Position numbers and translations under genes: made by a program. Positions 42,895 through 57,759 of a stretch of 64,000 nucleotides of DNA are shown in pieces. The notes under the pieces were generated by a model, which was not told where the DNA came from, made no database searches, and saw only the letters and a program-made list of their open reading frames with translations. The stretch's first letter is position 1, and each line of letters opens with the position of its first letter. Where the stretch lies: NCBI RefSeq assembly GCF_009914755.1, contig NC_060930.1; one strand, written 5' to 3'. Origin of the DNA: the human T2T-CHM13v2.0 reference genome, Homo sapiens.

Positions 42895-45724
42895 CTCAGC
42901 ACAGAGAAGAGGGAGTTAAAAAAGAAAAAAAAAAAAAAAAAAGAGAGAAACTAAAATCTTCCATACTGCATTCCCAAGGATGGAAAACGAAATGTTTGTA
43001 AATATTTTGGGTTGCTGTGAACCTCAGGCAAAACCCAGACTGGCTCCCAAGAGGGCAGTGCCCTTGATGGTCAGGTCCCAGCCAAGTCAGAGTGGAGGAT
43101 TAAAGTTAATCCAGGTGGCCATGTCTGAAGTAGGCGCTGCACAATTTAAACCACACCACCAAAGAAAGGCTATTTGGGAAAGGAAGTGCAAAAGAGAAAA
43201 AGCAGGATGAGGGTAATTGCATGACTAGGAAAAGGTCAAAGGGGCATATTCGCTGAGGGTCCCTCTGGATCAGTGAAACAAGAGGAAAGAAAAGCATATG
43301 CATGTTCATTGAAATTAAAAACATTTTTAGGTCGTCCTCTGCTGAATTCTAAGACTTAGAAATGATTTTAAATTCCTGAAAGCAACTCCTTCCCCTCTGA
43401 GTGAATGTTTAGCCACTTTAATGTGCTTTACCTGGGAGTTTGGTATGTGCCTGCAAGCCAGGAAAATAGTTTTAACAGGGCCTAATGTTCCCTGCAGGCT
43501 TATGTGTTTTCTCAAGCACCAAACGAAGTGGACAAGCTAATGAAGCCTAAAAAGGTCACACAGCTGACATCAGACAGGGCAGCACCCAAAGAATCTGGCC
43601 TGGAGTCCTTAGAACTCATGTCCACCAGGCTGTTCATTTTCACTATTATTCAGTCATACCATTCCTGCTTTCCATGTATTGAGAGCTCACAGTGAGCAAA
43701 TGAAATGAACCCCACATTTCTCTTATTTCAATTATTCCACATGTTTGGTTCCAAGAACAAATGCACTACAGGTTAGTTATTCTCCAGATATTTTTTAAAA
43801 AGTAAACAACCTTCAGTGGATCAATTCCAATAACTACTAATGGTTTCAGTCACATCATCATAAAATTAAGGTAGATGTCTGTGAAATTACGCATCTTCCC
43901 CTAAGAAAATCCTAAATGCAATATATTTAAAGTAGTTTATACATACTAATAATATTTTAAGTAACACTGTTTATATTCCTATAGCCCTTTCTGTGTCTAA
44001 ATATTTTGCAGAAATCATTTCATTTGATATTTTCAGTAACTGTGTGATGTGGTAAGATAGGTATTATTATTACCCTTCAGCTCTCTTGGAAATAGAAAGT
44101 GGTTTAAAAATTACCATAAGAACCCAGAAAGTTGTTAACTGACCTAGTACTACAATCTAGATATTCTGACTTCCGGCAAAATACTCTATTACAGAACTTA
44201 AATTAATGAAAAACATTTTCAGTTCATTTCTACAAAATTTCAAAGTCAGTAAAAACAAACAGAAGTTGTTAAACATTTCTCTTTCCCTCAGTAATAAGGT
44301 AACTAAGCTATTAACTTAAAATTTCTAGCTTTTGAAAAACATATGGCCGTTATTGTGAAGCCACTGGGTGAGGAACTCATTCGATTTCTTTTTTATTTTC
44401 CAGACAAATATCAAGTTAAAAAATTCACATAGCTCAAGAGCAAGTTTAAAAATTTAATTCCAGCAATATAAATGCGTTCATTTCCTGGGAATCAAACTCA
44501 AAATTTGGACCCACTTCCTTTAGCACTTATTTCTAACAGTTCACTAAGCTCCAAATTTTGTTTCAGAACATATACAGTGAGCGTTTCAATCTATTAAGGT
44601 AATCTTTAGATTTACTTGAGGTTGTTCTGGAAGATTCGTACTTTTCTAGTTGGAAAAGGAAATTAATGACTTCTGTCAAGGATAGAAAAAAAATATTTAT
44701 AATGGGACTTAGGGGCAGGAGCTTTGCAATTAAAAATACCATTTAAACATTTTACTTAAATCCAACCAAACTGAAGTGTCAGCACAATTCTATTCATTAA
44801 TTTTGACATTATTTACTGAATATAATCCCCTTAAGTCAGAGGCTGACCTCCACAGCATCCAAGCTTCCTGTGGGATCAAAAGGAATAATAAGAAACATGT
44901 TACTACTGTAAAATAAGCAAGACTGGTGTTGTGAGCAGGTTTGTTCCTATGTTGTCAAATAGACAAGCTTGCAGCAAATACTCAGCAATAACAAAATAGA
45001 TGTCCAGGGACCTTTTTCCAACCGACAAGCAGACAACTCAGCAACTTCAAACAGATTTTTTTTCTTTAGGAGCCAATTCACTTGCAGTGTAGGCTGATAA
45101 AGCAGTATTAATCTCCTGCCTTAAATCAAGTTTCTGTCACTGGGCTCCATTAATCTCCCCCCTGTTATCAAGTGTCTCCATGGCAGGAAATTATATTTCT
45201 AAATTGAATTTTGTTCTGTTTCGATGTAGTAAGAAATATTTTCCAGACTACTAATAGGACACATAAAGACTGTGACTCTGACAATACCGTTAGATAAATA
45301 AAAGCTATAAGTGAAAACCACCTTCATTCACTAGCTAGCATAATAGCAAAATAGAAAGCATTGATTACCTGGAAAGAGTAATCAAATAAAAGATTTTAAA
45401 TGAAAAGTGAGGTAGCAGATGGTTAACTTTTTAATTTACCTTTTTATAGCAATTGCCCATAAAGGTAAAAAGAAAAAAAAGCAATCCAATGAGTCTCTTG
45501 GTGCTAATAAAACACATATTGATTCTTAGTGCATATGCTTACTCTACAAAATGGTCAAACTTGGGTCTACCACAGGTAATGGAGGCAGATACTGTTTATG
45601 AGCACTTCTGTGGAGGCAAATTTACAGTAAAGAAATGTCTTTGGGCTAGATTTATTATGAAAGAATGAAAACTTATAACCACACTAAGGAAGAGATTTCA
45701 TTTTAGGGGCAGAGATTCACTCAC

Positions 45725-45968
45725 AGTAAAGCCACGGCAATTCAGCCAAGTGGCAGCGCAGTCTCTAGTAGAAGCCTTCAAAATACAGTCTACCTTTTTG
45801 TTGGTGAACAATACAGTGATTGCAATAAAGTTTAGAAATTTTTTTCATTGATATAAATTGCTCTGTCCCCTCTTTTTTAACATAGGGTTCTCTTTGACAG
45901 TAGCAATTTGGGGAAAGTCTCTTCAAAGTGTAATTGAAAGCATGGCCCCAAATGTCCATTAAAACTTC
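45725..45968 (-). pseudogene. Candidate 244-bp exon EVLMDIWGHAF...FEGFY*RLRCHLAELPWLY
   Basis: tttctttaaatatag|G ... ACT|gtgagt; phase 0 to 1; one TAG at 45765-45767. Confidence 0.65.
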
Positions 45969-46326
45969 CTATATTTAAAGAAACATTGCATGAAAGAAGC
46001 TTTTCATAGTGCATCAGTGTAAGGAGTTGTATAATACATGATTAATGCTACCAGTGTATCAAGATGCTTGAAGGACAAGTAGGATTTGACAAATGTACAA
46101 CAGGATAGGGTTAGTTTTCCAGACAGAAGAGAGACGAAAAAACACCTCTACTCCTTTCCCATTCTAACTTCTAACCTACAGCCCTTGGACTGAAGAGGTG
46201 AGATATATGGATCAAATCATTACATTCTACTTAACTTCACTTTCAGAACATCTCAAAGTTAGAATTCATGGTAAACAAGCCATACTAGCTTCATCAATTT
46301 AAGTATTTTGATACTCCAGTAAATTA

Positions 46327-46638
<312 letters not shown>

Positions 46639-46732
46639 GATATTTATAATGGGTAAATGAATAATAATTTGAAGTCACAGATCTCAACGTTTACGAAAAT
46701 AAAACTAAGACTTCAAAATAATAAATATTAAC

Positions 46733-46868
46733 CAGAACTGGAAAGCAAAATGAAGTGGAGTAAGTGACTTTCAGAAAAGGAGGAAATACAACATGTTCTT
46801 TGATATAAATACAAGCAGGTAATAAAAGAAAGTCGGCATTGGAAAAACATACATCCTCCTCCTTTACC
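46733..46868 (-). pseudogene. Candidate 136-bp exon VKEEDVCFSNADFLLLPACIYIKEHVVFPPFLKVTYSTSFCFPVL
   Basis: ctgctcacag|G ... CTG|gttaat; phase 2 to 0; fully open. Confidence 0.58.
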
Positions 46869-47165
46869 CTGTGAGCAGACCTTACTTATATGCGTGAGAA
46901 AGAAAGAAACTGCAGCATCCAAAAGTAGAGGTCATAAGTCACATTCCTTAAGAGCAACCAACTGAGAAAGATAAGTTTGGAAAACTATGAAGCATATTTT
47001 TTATTTTTACTGTTTAACATAATTTTGACAGGAGAGCAGACAAAAACACACTCCTGGGAGGAATGGCGGCAAAAGAGAATGACAATTATTATTTTTCTAT
47101 ATGCTGCAATGTGACAATGTATTTTGCAAAAACAACCACACCAGATGTCTAGCCTCTGGACTCAC

Positions 47166-47241
47166 TTTTTACTAGGATGGCCAGCCATCTCATCAAGTGC
47201 AATGTACACATCGAGGATTTACACCATGCTCCGTTTAATGC
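47166..47241 (-). pseudogene. Candidate 76-bp exon (G)IKRSMV*ILDVYIALDEMAGHPSK(K)
   Basis: cctttag|G ... AAA|gtgagt; phase 1 to 2; one TAA. Confidence 0.6.
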
Positions 47242-48137
47242 CTAAAGGTTTGGTGGGGTTCCACATGGAATTAACTTGATTCTGAAATTGGGACTATTCA
47301 CGGCAGTCCCAATTTTAAGCTGAGTCCATCTGCCAAAATGTTGCTTCAGATGTGAAATGTACTTGCTGGTGGCTAATTTTCAAAAGCATCTCGTAGTCAC
47401 TTACTGGTATGTAAAATGTACAGCTCAATTGCTATTCATTAAGAGAGAAAAAATCAACATTGCCTAAATGGATTAAAAACAGAAGTCACAGACAAGGATG
47501 TAAAAGCACTTTGATTTTTCAATAGAGAGATTTTTATACATTTATTGGCATTCTCCAGCATCAGTCATCTCCCAGGCTGAATGCTCAAGATTTTCATTTT
47601 CACCATTAAATGGTCCCTGTTTAAATGGATCTCCTTACTTGGCAAAACATATTTACACATCCAGTTGTGCCAGCTCTAAGGCTTCTAGTTCTAAACGTCT
47701 ATAGGGAAAAAAGAGAAGTGTTAGGAGGTGACTTCACCTTGCCTTTCCCTGAGATCTGATAAAAACTGCTCAACCACACACAAGAACAGCAGGATGTGGT
47801 CAGAGGCGTCGTTCCTCCTCTGTGAGACACAGTTTCCTCAGGAAGGAAATCTTAAGAAAGGTATCAGGAAACTATGGACTATGCCAGTCAGCTGTTAAGG
47901 GCTCAGAAACTCTTAAGGGAGCAAAATGTTCAACCACGCTCTTTTTCTGAATAGAGAAATCAAATCCCGAGATCAGCCAGGGAGAAAAAGAAAAAGATCA
48001 AAAGGGGTATTCTATCTCTAGCTCCAAAACAAATAGCACTCGTTTTCAGTTTTTAAAATGTGCGTGTCTTTAGTCATTTCCCAGGATGGCTTTAAACATG
48101 TTGACAGTTTTGCCTCGAACAATGGTGCTGGACTCAC

Positions 48138-48240
48138 CATGGGCATGTTTTCCAAGCCATTTTCTTTGAATGTCAAATTGCCCAGGATGCTTCTTTATGG
48201 ACACCTCACTTCCAGAAGACACCAATCCTTAAAGCTTGAG
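48138..48240 (-). pseudogene. Candidate 103-bp exon LKL*GLVSSGSEVSIKKHPGQFDIQRKWLGKHAH(G)
   Basis: tctgttctcctattcag|C ... ATG|gtgagt; phase 0 to 1; one TAA. Confidence 0.65.
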
Positions 48241-48619
48241 CTGAATAGGAGAACAGACGCTTAATTTTAAAGTATCACTTCAATTTCTAGCTGAGTAGAA
48301 GGGACAACTCCCAGGGCTAATATAAAGTGTCTTTGAAGATCCAACTTCATAAATGACTAGTTAATCAAGTGTAAAAGTTTAAGGAGGGAAGAAAGTTCAC
48401 TCACATAGCTTCTTAATACCCATCTGGTTCCAAATAGCCTATATTTATATTAAAGGGTGGAAGATAATAACTTTTTTTTGTTTATGTCGTTCTTAAGATA
48501 CAGCAAGACCTATAATCTCCTAGAATTCCTTAAACTAAACTCTTCAAGAACATTACCAATCCATTGCGTGCTGAGGACAAAACAGGATACAAATAAACTA
48601 AAAGAACAGGGTCCTTGAC

Positions 48620-48790
48620 GTTAGCACAGTTTTAAGAGTTTTTAATTCATTGCTTTCATTTAAAAATTTGGAGGTTTCCCACGAATATCCAGATTTATGT
48701 TTGTTTGTTTGTTTTAATGAGAAGATCCAGCCACAGTAGGTTCTCATTCTCATCTGGCAACAACTGACTGGTACTGAGTGGCTGCTGCTT
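48620..48790 (+). mobile_element. MER102-like hAT fragment
   Basis: ATCCAGATTT..GAAGATCCAGCCACA..TGGCAACAA..CTGAGTGGCTGC. Confidence 0.55.
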
Positions 48791-49052
48791 AATCCTGGAT
48801 AATCTCTAAAATCCTTCCAGAAACAAAATCCTGGGTGTCTAAATATGATGCAGCAAGTTTGTTGTTAAACTTTGAATTCAAATGGCATGAACAAAATAGA
48901 CTTCCCAAGCATGAAACTTAGAATACGTCTATGAAGTAAAGTGAATTTCTGAATTGTGATAATTTAAAATAAAAAGGCTGGAGTCAGTAGTGCTACACGA
49001 GATTGGGCAAAGACACCAAAGAAACACACACAGACATTGAAATGTACTTCAC

Positions 49053-49102
49053 TGGACCCCTTGATTTGATTAGATGTTGGAATATGAGATCAAAATTGTG
49101 TC
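49053..49102 (-). pseudogene. Candidate 50-bp exon (G)HNFDLIFQHLIKSRGP
   Basis: Strong acceptor cctcttctttgtccttcag|G; degenerate donor CCA|gtgaagt; phase 1 to 0; open. Confidence 0.5.
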
Positions 49103-50045
49103 CTGAAGGACAAAGAAGAGGATGGCATAACTGGGGGATAAAAGGAAGGAGTAAGCAATCCTTATGAGCATGGTAGAGAGAAAACGGGGAGGTTACATCC
49201 TGGGAAGACCAAGAAATGAGAAGAAATGCCTTCAGGAATTTTTGTTTAATTCCTGTATTAAAGCAAACTCTACACATAAAAGTCCTATAGATAAATTACT
49301 ACTGTAATTTTGTGTAGACTGACAAAGAAAAAGACTCAAATTACCAAAATCAGGAAAAAAAGAAAGATCACTATCAATCTTACAGAAATAAAAAGCATTA
49401 CAAAGGAATACTATGAAAAACCATATACCAATAAATTAGATAACTTAGATGAAATGGAAAAACTCCTAGAAAATGCAAACACAAAACAAGACTCAAGAAG
49501 AAATAGAAAATCTCAGTAAATCTATAACAGATAAAAAGCGTAAGTTACTAATTTTAAATTTACCATGAAGAAAATCTCAGGACCAGACAGCTTCTCTGAG
49601 TGAATTCTACCACTCATTGAAACAATACCAATTCTTTGCAGTTTTCTAAAAAAAAAAATAGAACAAGAGGGAACACTTCCCAACTCATTCTATGAGGCCA
49701 GTATTATTGTGATACCAGAACCAGGCAAAAGCATCACAAAAAAGAAAACTATAAGCCAAGGTTCCTTGTAAATATAAGTTAGAAAATCTTCTATAAAATA
49801 CTAGCAAACTTACCCAGCAACATATAAAAAGGATTATACACCATGACCAAGTGGGATTTATCCAAGTAATGCAAGTTAACAAAGTTTGTTTACAAACAAA
49901 AATCAGTGTAATAAACCATATAAACAGAATAAATGACAAAGACCTCGTGATCATTTCAATAGACACAGTAAAAGTATTGTATCTAACAAAGTCCAACAAC
50001 CCTTCTGGATAAAACCACTTACCAAACTGGGAATGGAATAGAAGA

Positions 50046-50410
50046 TGCCTTAGTCTATTTGTGCTGCTATAATAAAATACCATAGACTGGGTAATTTATA
50101 AACAATAAAAATTTATTTCTCACAGGTCTGGAGGCTGGGAAGGCCTCATTCTGTGTCTGTGAAGCCCTCCTTGCTGCATCCTGACATGGCAGAAGAGGTG
50201 AACGCTGTATCCTCAAATGGTAGAAGGTAGAAGGGCAAAAAGGTCTGCTGAGCTAGATCCCGCCAATCCTTCTATAAGGCACTAATCCACTGATGAGGGC
50301 AAGGCCCTCATGACCTAACCACTTTCCAAAAGGCTTCATCTCTTAATACCATTACAATGGAAATTAAGTTTCAACATGAATTTGGGAGGGGACGCATTCA
50401 ACCCATGGCA
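50046..50410 (-). mobile_element. MST/MLT1A-like MaLR LTR
   Basis: CTTAGTC..TGCTGCTATAA.AAAATACC..ACTGGGTAATTTATA; TSD GAAGA/GAAGG. Confidence 0.85.
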
Positions 50411-51841
50411 GAAGGTATCTCCCTCAACTTGAAAAACAGCATTTATGAAAACCTACAGTTAATATTACACTTAATGATGAAAGACTGAATGCTTTCCCCA
50501 TAAGAGCAAGAATGGATGAGGATGTCCATCCAAGAATAGGATGTCCACTCTCACCACTTCTATTCAACATCATAATGGAGGTTCTAGCCAGGGCAATTAG
50601 GCAAGAAAAATAAATAAGACATTCATATTGGAAAAGAAGAAGTAAACTATCTCTCTTCACAGATAATACGAACTTGTGCATATAAAATCCTAAGGAATTC
50701 ACAAAAAGCTATTGGAAATAACAAATGAGTTCAACAAGTTTGCAAGACTTGAGATGAATATACAAAAATTGGTTGTATTTATTTCTATGTACTAGCAGTA
50801 AGCATTCTGAAAGTAAAATTAAGGAAAAATTCCATTTAAAATAGAACCAAAAAGAATAAAGTACTTAAGAATAAACTTAACAAAAGAAATGCAACACTTG
50901 TACACTGAAAACTACAAAACATTGTTAAAATAAAGAAGACCTAAATAAATGGAAAGACATCCTGTATTTGTGGGTCTCTAGAAGATTTGTTATTGTTAAG
51001 ATGGCAAAAGTCCTCAAATTTATCTACAAATTCAATGCAATCCGTGTCAAATCTCAACTATATTTTTGACAAAAATTGACAAGATAATACTAAAATTTAT
51101 ATAAAAATGCAAGGGACCTAGAATAGCCAAAACAAACTTCACAAAGAAAAGCAATTTTGATGAACTCACACTTCCTGATTTCAAAATTTTCCACAAGGCT
51201 ACAGTAATCAAGACAATACAAGACTGGAATAGGATAAGAATATAGATCAATGGAATAGAATTGAGAGTCCAGAAATAAACTCATACATCTATGGCCAATT
51301 GATTTTTCAACAAAGGTGTCAAGATGATTCTATGGGGAAAGAATAGTCTGTTCAACAAATGGTCCTGGGACAAGTGGATATCCACATGAAAAGCAAAAGA
51401 AGTTGTACTCCTTCCTTAAACCACACACAAAAATTAACTCAAAGTGAATTATAGGCCTAGATGTAAGAGCTAAAACTATAAAATTCAGAAGAATACTTAG
51501 ATATAAATCTCTGTCCTTGGTTGACTATGTTTTCTTAGATACAATGCCAAAAGCATAAGTAACAGAAAAAGATATAGATAAATTGGACTACACCAAATTT
51601 TAAAACTTTTATGCTGAAACCAATATCTTCAAGATAGTGAAAAGACAACCACAGAATGATAGAAAATACTTGCAAATCATGTATCTGATAAAAGGACTGG
51701 TATTGAAGATATATAAAGAGCTCTTTCAACTCAATAATAAAAACGACTCAGCTTTAAAATGGGTAAAGGATTTGAATAGAAATTTCTCCAAAAGAAGAGA
51801 TATAAAATGGCCACTAAGTACATGAAAAGATGTTCATCCAA

Positions 51842-52262
51842 TGATATAGTTTGAATGTTTGTCCCCTCCAAATCTCGTGTTGAAATGTGATCCCCAGTGT
51901 TGAAGGTGGGGCCTGATGTGTGGTATTGGGTCATGAGGGTGGATTTGTCATGAATGGCTTGGTACCCTCCCTGCAGTAATGAGTGGTGATGAGTTCATAT
52001 GAGATCTTGTTGCTTAAAAGAGCATGGCACCTTCCCACCCCAACTCCAACCCCCTGCTTGCTCTGTCTCTTGCCACGTGACATGCTGGCTCTCCTTTGCT
52101 TTCTGCCATGATTGTTAAGCTTCATGAGGCCCTCACCAGAAGTAGATGCCAGCACTATGCTTCAGGTACAGCCTGCAGAACCTTGAGCCAAATAAACCTC
52201 TTTTCTTTGTAAATTATCCAGTCTCAGTTATTCCTTTATAGCGATGCAAATGGACTAACACA
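51842..52262 (+). mobile_element. MSTB-like MaLR LTR
   Basis: TGATATAGTTTG..TGTCCCCTCCAAATCTC..GGACTAACACA; TSD TCCAA/ACCAA. Confidence 0.88.
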
Positions 52263-53521
52263 ACCAACCTCATCGGCCACGAGAGAAATGCAAATCAAAA
52301 CCACTGTGAGATAACATTTCATGCCCACTAGGATGGCTATAATCAAAAAGACAGATAATAATAAGTTAGCAAAAAATGTGAAGAAATTGGAACTCTCATA
52401 CATGTAAAATGCTCTAGCCCTTTGGAAAACAGTTGGTCATTGCTCAAAAAAGTTAAATATAGGATTACTACTAATATATGACCAGCAGTTACATTCTTAG
52501 GGATATACCCAAGAGAAATGAAAACAAACTTCTACAAAAAAAAATGTATATGAGTGTTCATTGCACCATTATCCGTAGTAGCCAAATAATACAAATTTTT
52601 ATTAGCTGATAAGTAGATAAAATGTTCTCTAATTCATACAATTAATATATAATTATTCAGCAACAGAAATGAAGTACTGCTACATTGCTAAACATGGATG
52701 AGTTATCAGAACATTATGCTAAGTAAAAGAAACTTGTATCAAAAGGGCACATCTTATATTATATTATTCCACTCAAATGAAATGTACACAATAAGCAAAT
52801 CTATGGAGGCAGAAAGTAGATTAGTCGTTGCCTAGGACTGGGGAAAGGGGGATGGGAGTGACTACTAATGGATACCTGGGTTTCTTCTGGATGATTAAAA
52901 TGTTCTAAACTTAGATAATCGTGATGGTTGCATAACTCCATGAATATACTAACAGATGGAAAGGGTAGCAATGCTCTTTGTTGTGAGGATAATGGACACC
53001 AAATTTACTACAGTTAAAATTCCGTATAACCAATGCTTTCTGTAGCCTTGGTCCATGTAAGGATTACACCCTTAGGGGATCTTATACTAAGGGGAGAGGA
53101 GCCCAACAAACCCGGCTTCTCATCTTCTCCACTTTGAGCATCCCAGTTAGCCTCTACAGTCACAGAGACCAAGAAACATAAACATAAAAGAAGGCTGTGA
53201 TGAAAGTGAGGCTATGTATGAAATCTTGCTCATACTAGTTTCAAAACTCTATTTATTTGCTGATCCACCACAGATAAGTTGGATGTCAGCTTAATGTCAT
53301 CTCAGCTTCCATTTCATCTACAGCTCATGCAGGCTGGGAATGTAATTTCAGGCATTAGGCTTAAATTTCACTTAAAGTGGATGTTCCACTCAGCTTTTTA
53401 AAACAGGAATTGGATTTTAGCATACTACTATTTCATTCCCCTTGATGCTATTGTTTCTTCTGTTAAATTCCCGAGTCCATTCAGAAAGAGGAAAGAGAGA
53501 GATGCCTAGATTCCAAAATAC

Positions 53522-53657
53522 CTTTCATTGTTCTTCCCAGAAGACAAATCTTTTCTATCCAGATTCTACTGGTGGTCAATGTTACATGAACGCAGAGCAG
53601 AGTGGTACCTCAAACATTGTTATTGACTTAGCAGTACATTGGGCACAGATCAAGTTG
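53522..53657 (-). pseudogene. Candidate 136-bp exon; frame ambiguous
   Basis: ttgcttttaatag| ... AAG|gtattt; could end in phase 1 matching exon 49053-49102. Confidence 0.3.
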
Positions 53658-53751
53658 CTATTAAAAGCAATGTACTCCTGCCTCCTTCACATATGCCTGG
53701 GGTCACTTGTGTTTGGCACCTATGTGTCCTTATGTTATTACAAAACCATAC

Positions 53752-53875
53752 CCTGGAGTCTTGCTAACTCAGTTTTTTTCTTCACTACATTCGATGTAAT
53801 TTTCACATCAAGGTGTTTCTATAGACTAGACAGAGTTAGAGTTCAGCTTCTTCCACCCAAAGTGTTTAAATTTGA
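53752..53875 (-). pseudogene. Candidate 124-bp exon (..KHLDVKITSNVVKKKTELARLQ); frame ambiguous
   Basis: ctgctgtctag| ... AGG|gtatgg; 94-bp intron to the next candidate. Confidence 0.3.
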
Positions 53876-54297
53876 CTAGACAGCAGCAATTGCTTTTTAA
53901 TCTAAGCAAACTGATCTGTCAAAGACAATCAACTCAGGGAAGTTATTCCAGGAGGATCCTAATAATCCCGATGAGTCACGCTGCCCTATGTGAAACTCAG
54001 CCACTGAACTCTTGACATAGCGTGTCACAAGTACTTAGTGGAATAAGTACATACAGCTGAACTCTGTGTTGACACACACACTCTAGCCTCTCGTGCATAA
54101 GTTAATGATCACTGCATTTAGTCTGGTAGAGGAGCACACTCTTGTGTGTGGTGATGTCAATTCATGTTTAATGATGTTACAGCAACTGGGCTTCAAGTTG
54201 CATAACCCACTGTCCTCACAAGCACTGATCAACAGTATGCTTGATTCTCCTAGATGAAAATAAAGGGTTGTGGTTGTTGTTTATAATGACCTCCTAG

Positions 54298-54604
54298 CTT
54301 TTTATTTATGTATTTATTTTGAGGCAGGGTCTCGCTCTGTTGCCCAGGCTGGAGTGCTGTGGTGCGAGCATAGTCTACTCCAGCCTCAAACTCCTGGGTT
54401 CAAGCAATCCTCCTGCCTCAGCTTCTTGTGTAGGTAAGATCACTGACATGGGCCACCACCCCTGGCTAATTTACTTATTTTTTTATAGAGACTGGGGTCT
54501 TGCTATGTTGCTGAGGCTAGTCTCAAACTCCTGGCCTCAAGTGATCCTCCTGCCTCATCCTCCCAAAATGCTGAGATTATAGATGTGAACTACCAAGCCC
54601 AGCC
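54298..54604 (-). mobile_element. AluJ
   Basis: AAACTCCTGGCCTCAAGTGATCCTCC. Confidence 0.88.
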
Positions 54605-54872
54605 TCACCTCCTATCTTTTAAACAGGGTCTCCAACCTCTTAATAATACCTGTACCAATGTAGGGCTTTGCAGTTACCAAGAACTTTAAGAACTCTACCT
54701 TGTTTAATTATCACAACAACACTGAGAGGTGAGTAGATGGTTACATCATTTACATTATTAGTAAGTGACAGAACTAAGACGCAAACTTCGATCTGATGGT
54801 TTCAGGTTTTAAGGTCTTTCCAATGCTTTAAATCATATTATTAGAGTTTTTGTTCTATTGTTAGGGTTATTG

Positions 54873-55569
<697 letters not shown>

Positions 55570-55909
55570 ATGAGGTAGGGAACAAGTAAGGGGATAGAGT
55601 GGGATAGCAGTGTTGAGAGTCCTGTGCCTGACTGGGGTCTGGTTGCTGGGGTCCCTCTGCTCCCACAGACAACCCTATCAAACATTAGATAAGGAAACGA
55701 AGACAGCAAATGGGGAAGCAGCTTGCTGAGTGGTGTCTGGTTGGGGGCAGGGTTGAAAATTCTCCCTAAGAGATGGGCTAGGTGTTATTTGAGAATGACC
55801 TCCTCTTATTAACAGTTAGAGGATTGTTTTAAGAGAAATAATAATATACACTTAGTTCAATCAAAGGGCAATGAAAGAGTAGATTGGCTCAAAGGTAACC
55901 TTGAAAGAA

Positions 55910-56140
55910 TAATAATAATTATGCTAGCTAATATATATTGAGCACTTAATATTTTCCATAAATCTGGATGCTTTATATATATTAATTTATTAAATGCTTA
56001 TCACAAGCCTATGCAGTAGGTACTATTGTTCTGCTGAGAAAACCAAGACAATTGGAGGTTGATTAACTTACCTGTGACCGCACAGCTAGTAAATATTAGA
56101 GCCAAGTTTCCGTCCTAGGCAAACTGATTAGCCAACCTGT
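55910..56140 (-). mobile_element. MIR
   Basis: TATTGAGCACTTA..GTAGGTACTATT..TGAGAAAAC..CACAGCTAGTAA. Confidence 0.7.
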
Positions 56141-56713
56141 GCTCTGATAATGATGTGATGCTAATAATGAATTTGAGATGGCTTTCTGAATTACGGGAAA
56201 TTTCATTCGTTTTCTGACGATACAATAATGAATATTTTCATTTCAGGCAGTATTACAACCTAGTCCGATTGACCCTTCCACTAAAAACACCCAAAACTGA
56301 TGCATAAAATTAAAAGAAAAAAACTTTTTAAGATGTGCTGATAAGCTGGCAGGAGGTAAGGAACACTGAGATGCCTAAAATTACATGAAAATGTGGACCT
56401 AGAGAGGCATGCTCAACACCAAAGTCAGTTTTCACTCTAATGATATGCACTGATCCTTGATGACCCTGGCTTTTGTTTTTTATAAGGTCATAGGATACGG
56501 GGATACAAGGCAAAGTCCAGGGCCTGCCCAAGCCGGGGAGTCTAATAAGAGACCTCAATGTAAAGAATTCATAACAACAAAACAGACTTTCATTTGGGTT
56601 TCTAATCCAAATTCCACCCAAAATTTCAGGTTAAGAATGTGGTTTAAAATCGTTCTTTGTTGGAAATGCACTCAGATGTGTGAAAGTTGTCAATATCAAG
56701 ATGGAATCACTTG

Positions 56714-57158
56714 TGTCAAACCCAAATAAGATAGGAGGTTAAGAAAAGAGAGCCTCACATACACAAGCCTATGATAAGACTGAGTGAGGGCCCTCATGCA
56801 CATATGCCTGTAACAAAAACTTTTGCCAAGGACTTTCAAAATTGCAGCTTGCTATATGTGTCACAAGGACAGAGAGCAGGATGCAAAAGAACACTTACCT
56901 GACACACTATCTCCACTAAAGAACTGACTTCGACTCCTGAAATAAGCCCCAGTAACCAATGTTCTCTTTGTTTCAAAACAAAAACAAATTACCTGTACTT
57001 CTCTCTTTTACCTTTAAAACCTTCCCCTTGCCTTAACCACTTTGGATATGACTCTGGTCCCCACAGTCCACATACCCCACATTTGCAAATCCCCTGTACA
57101 TTCCCAAATAAACTGATTGTCTTTGGAGAATCTCTCTCTGCCTATTATTAGGTTGACA
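56714..57158 (+). mobile_element. ERV1 MER4-group solo LTR (MER90/MER89-like)
   Basis: Inverted termini TGTCAAACC..GGTTGACA, CCAAT box, AATAAA near 3' end. Confidence 0.7.
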
Positions 57159-57384
57159 GACACTTGGCAGAATCAAAAAGCAAATCCACTGGAAAGGAGT
57201 CAAACTTAAAATCAGTCATCAAACAATTCCCACAGATAAACCAGCAAAGAATAAAAGCTTAGAGCAGAATAAGCTCCAATAAAACACAAATAAACAAAGC
57301 ACCATGAGTGTAGAGCCAATAGAAATTATAATCATAAGAATCAAACCCCAAAAGACATCAAGTAGTGCAATTATACTATAGAGA

Positions 57385-57759
57385 ATGAGGGGCATAACCT
57401 GGTAGTGCTTTGCACTTATTTCTTGCTCTGTCCCTGCACTTCTCTGATATCAGTTAGGAAGCCTTCAGAAATAATTTGGCACTCATACCTGTATTATCTG
57501 GAAGCACAGGGACGTTGTCATCCCTGGGGCAATCTTTGATTGATGGGATATGAAAGCTAATACGTAAGTCCCATCTTTCACTCTTGGTGGACAATTCTGA
57601 GATGTCAGCTCTTCAAAAGGTCCTGATGAAATTAAGCCCCACTTGCCCATAGTGGACAATATCTAAGGCACTCTTGTGTTGGCTTTCTCTTCTTCCTTGT
57701 TTCACTTTCTCCAGTCCCCTACTCCTGTCCCCTGGGATTACTTCAAGAAGCTACCTGCT

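Larger units (their letters stand above)
49300..52950 (+). mobile_element. L1MB-like 5'-truncated LINE-1 with two MaLR insertions
   Basis: ORF2 remnants (EYYEKPYTNKLDNLDEM); 3'UTR GACTACTAATGGATAC..AAATGTTCTAAA. Confidence 0.82.

Noticed and set aside
44900-45200. Unique stretch with GATA/TAAT motifs as an enhancer or exon
   Set aside because: Short motifs are expected by chance; no phase-compatible exon found; needs chromatin data
53442-53879. 145-aa plus-strand ORF
   Set aside because: Starts at TTG, no recognisable domain; splice signals point to the opposite strand
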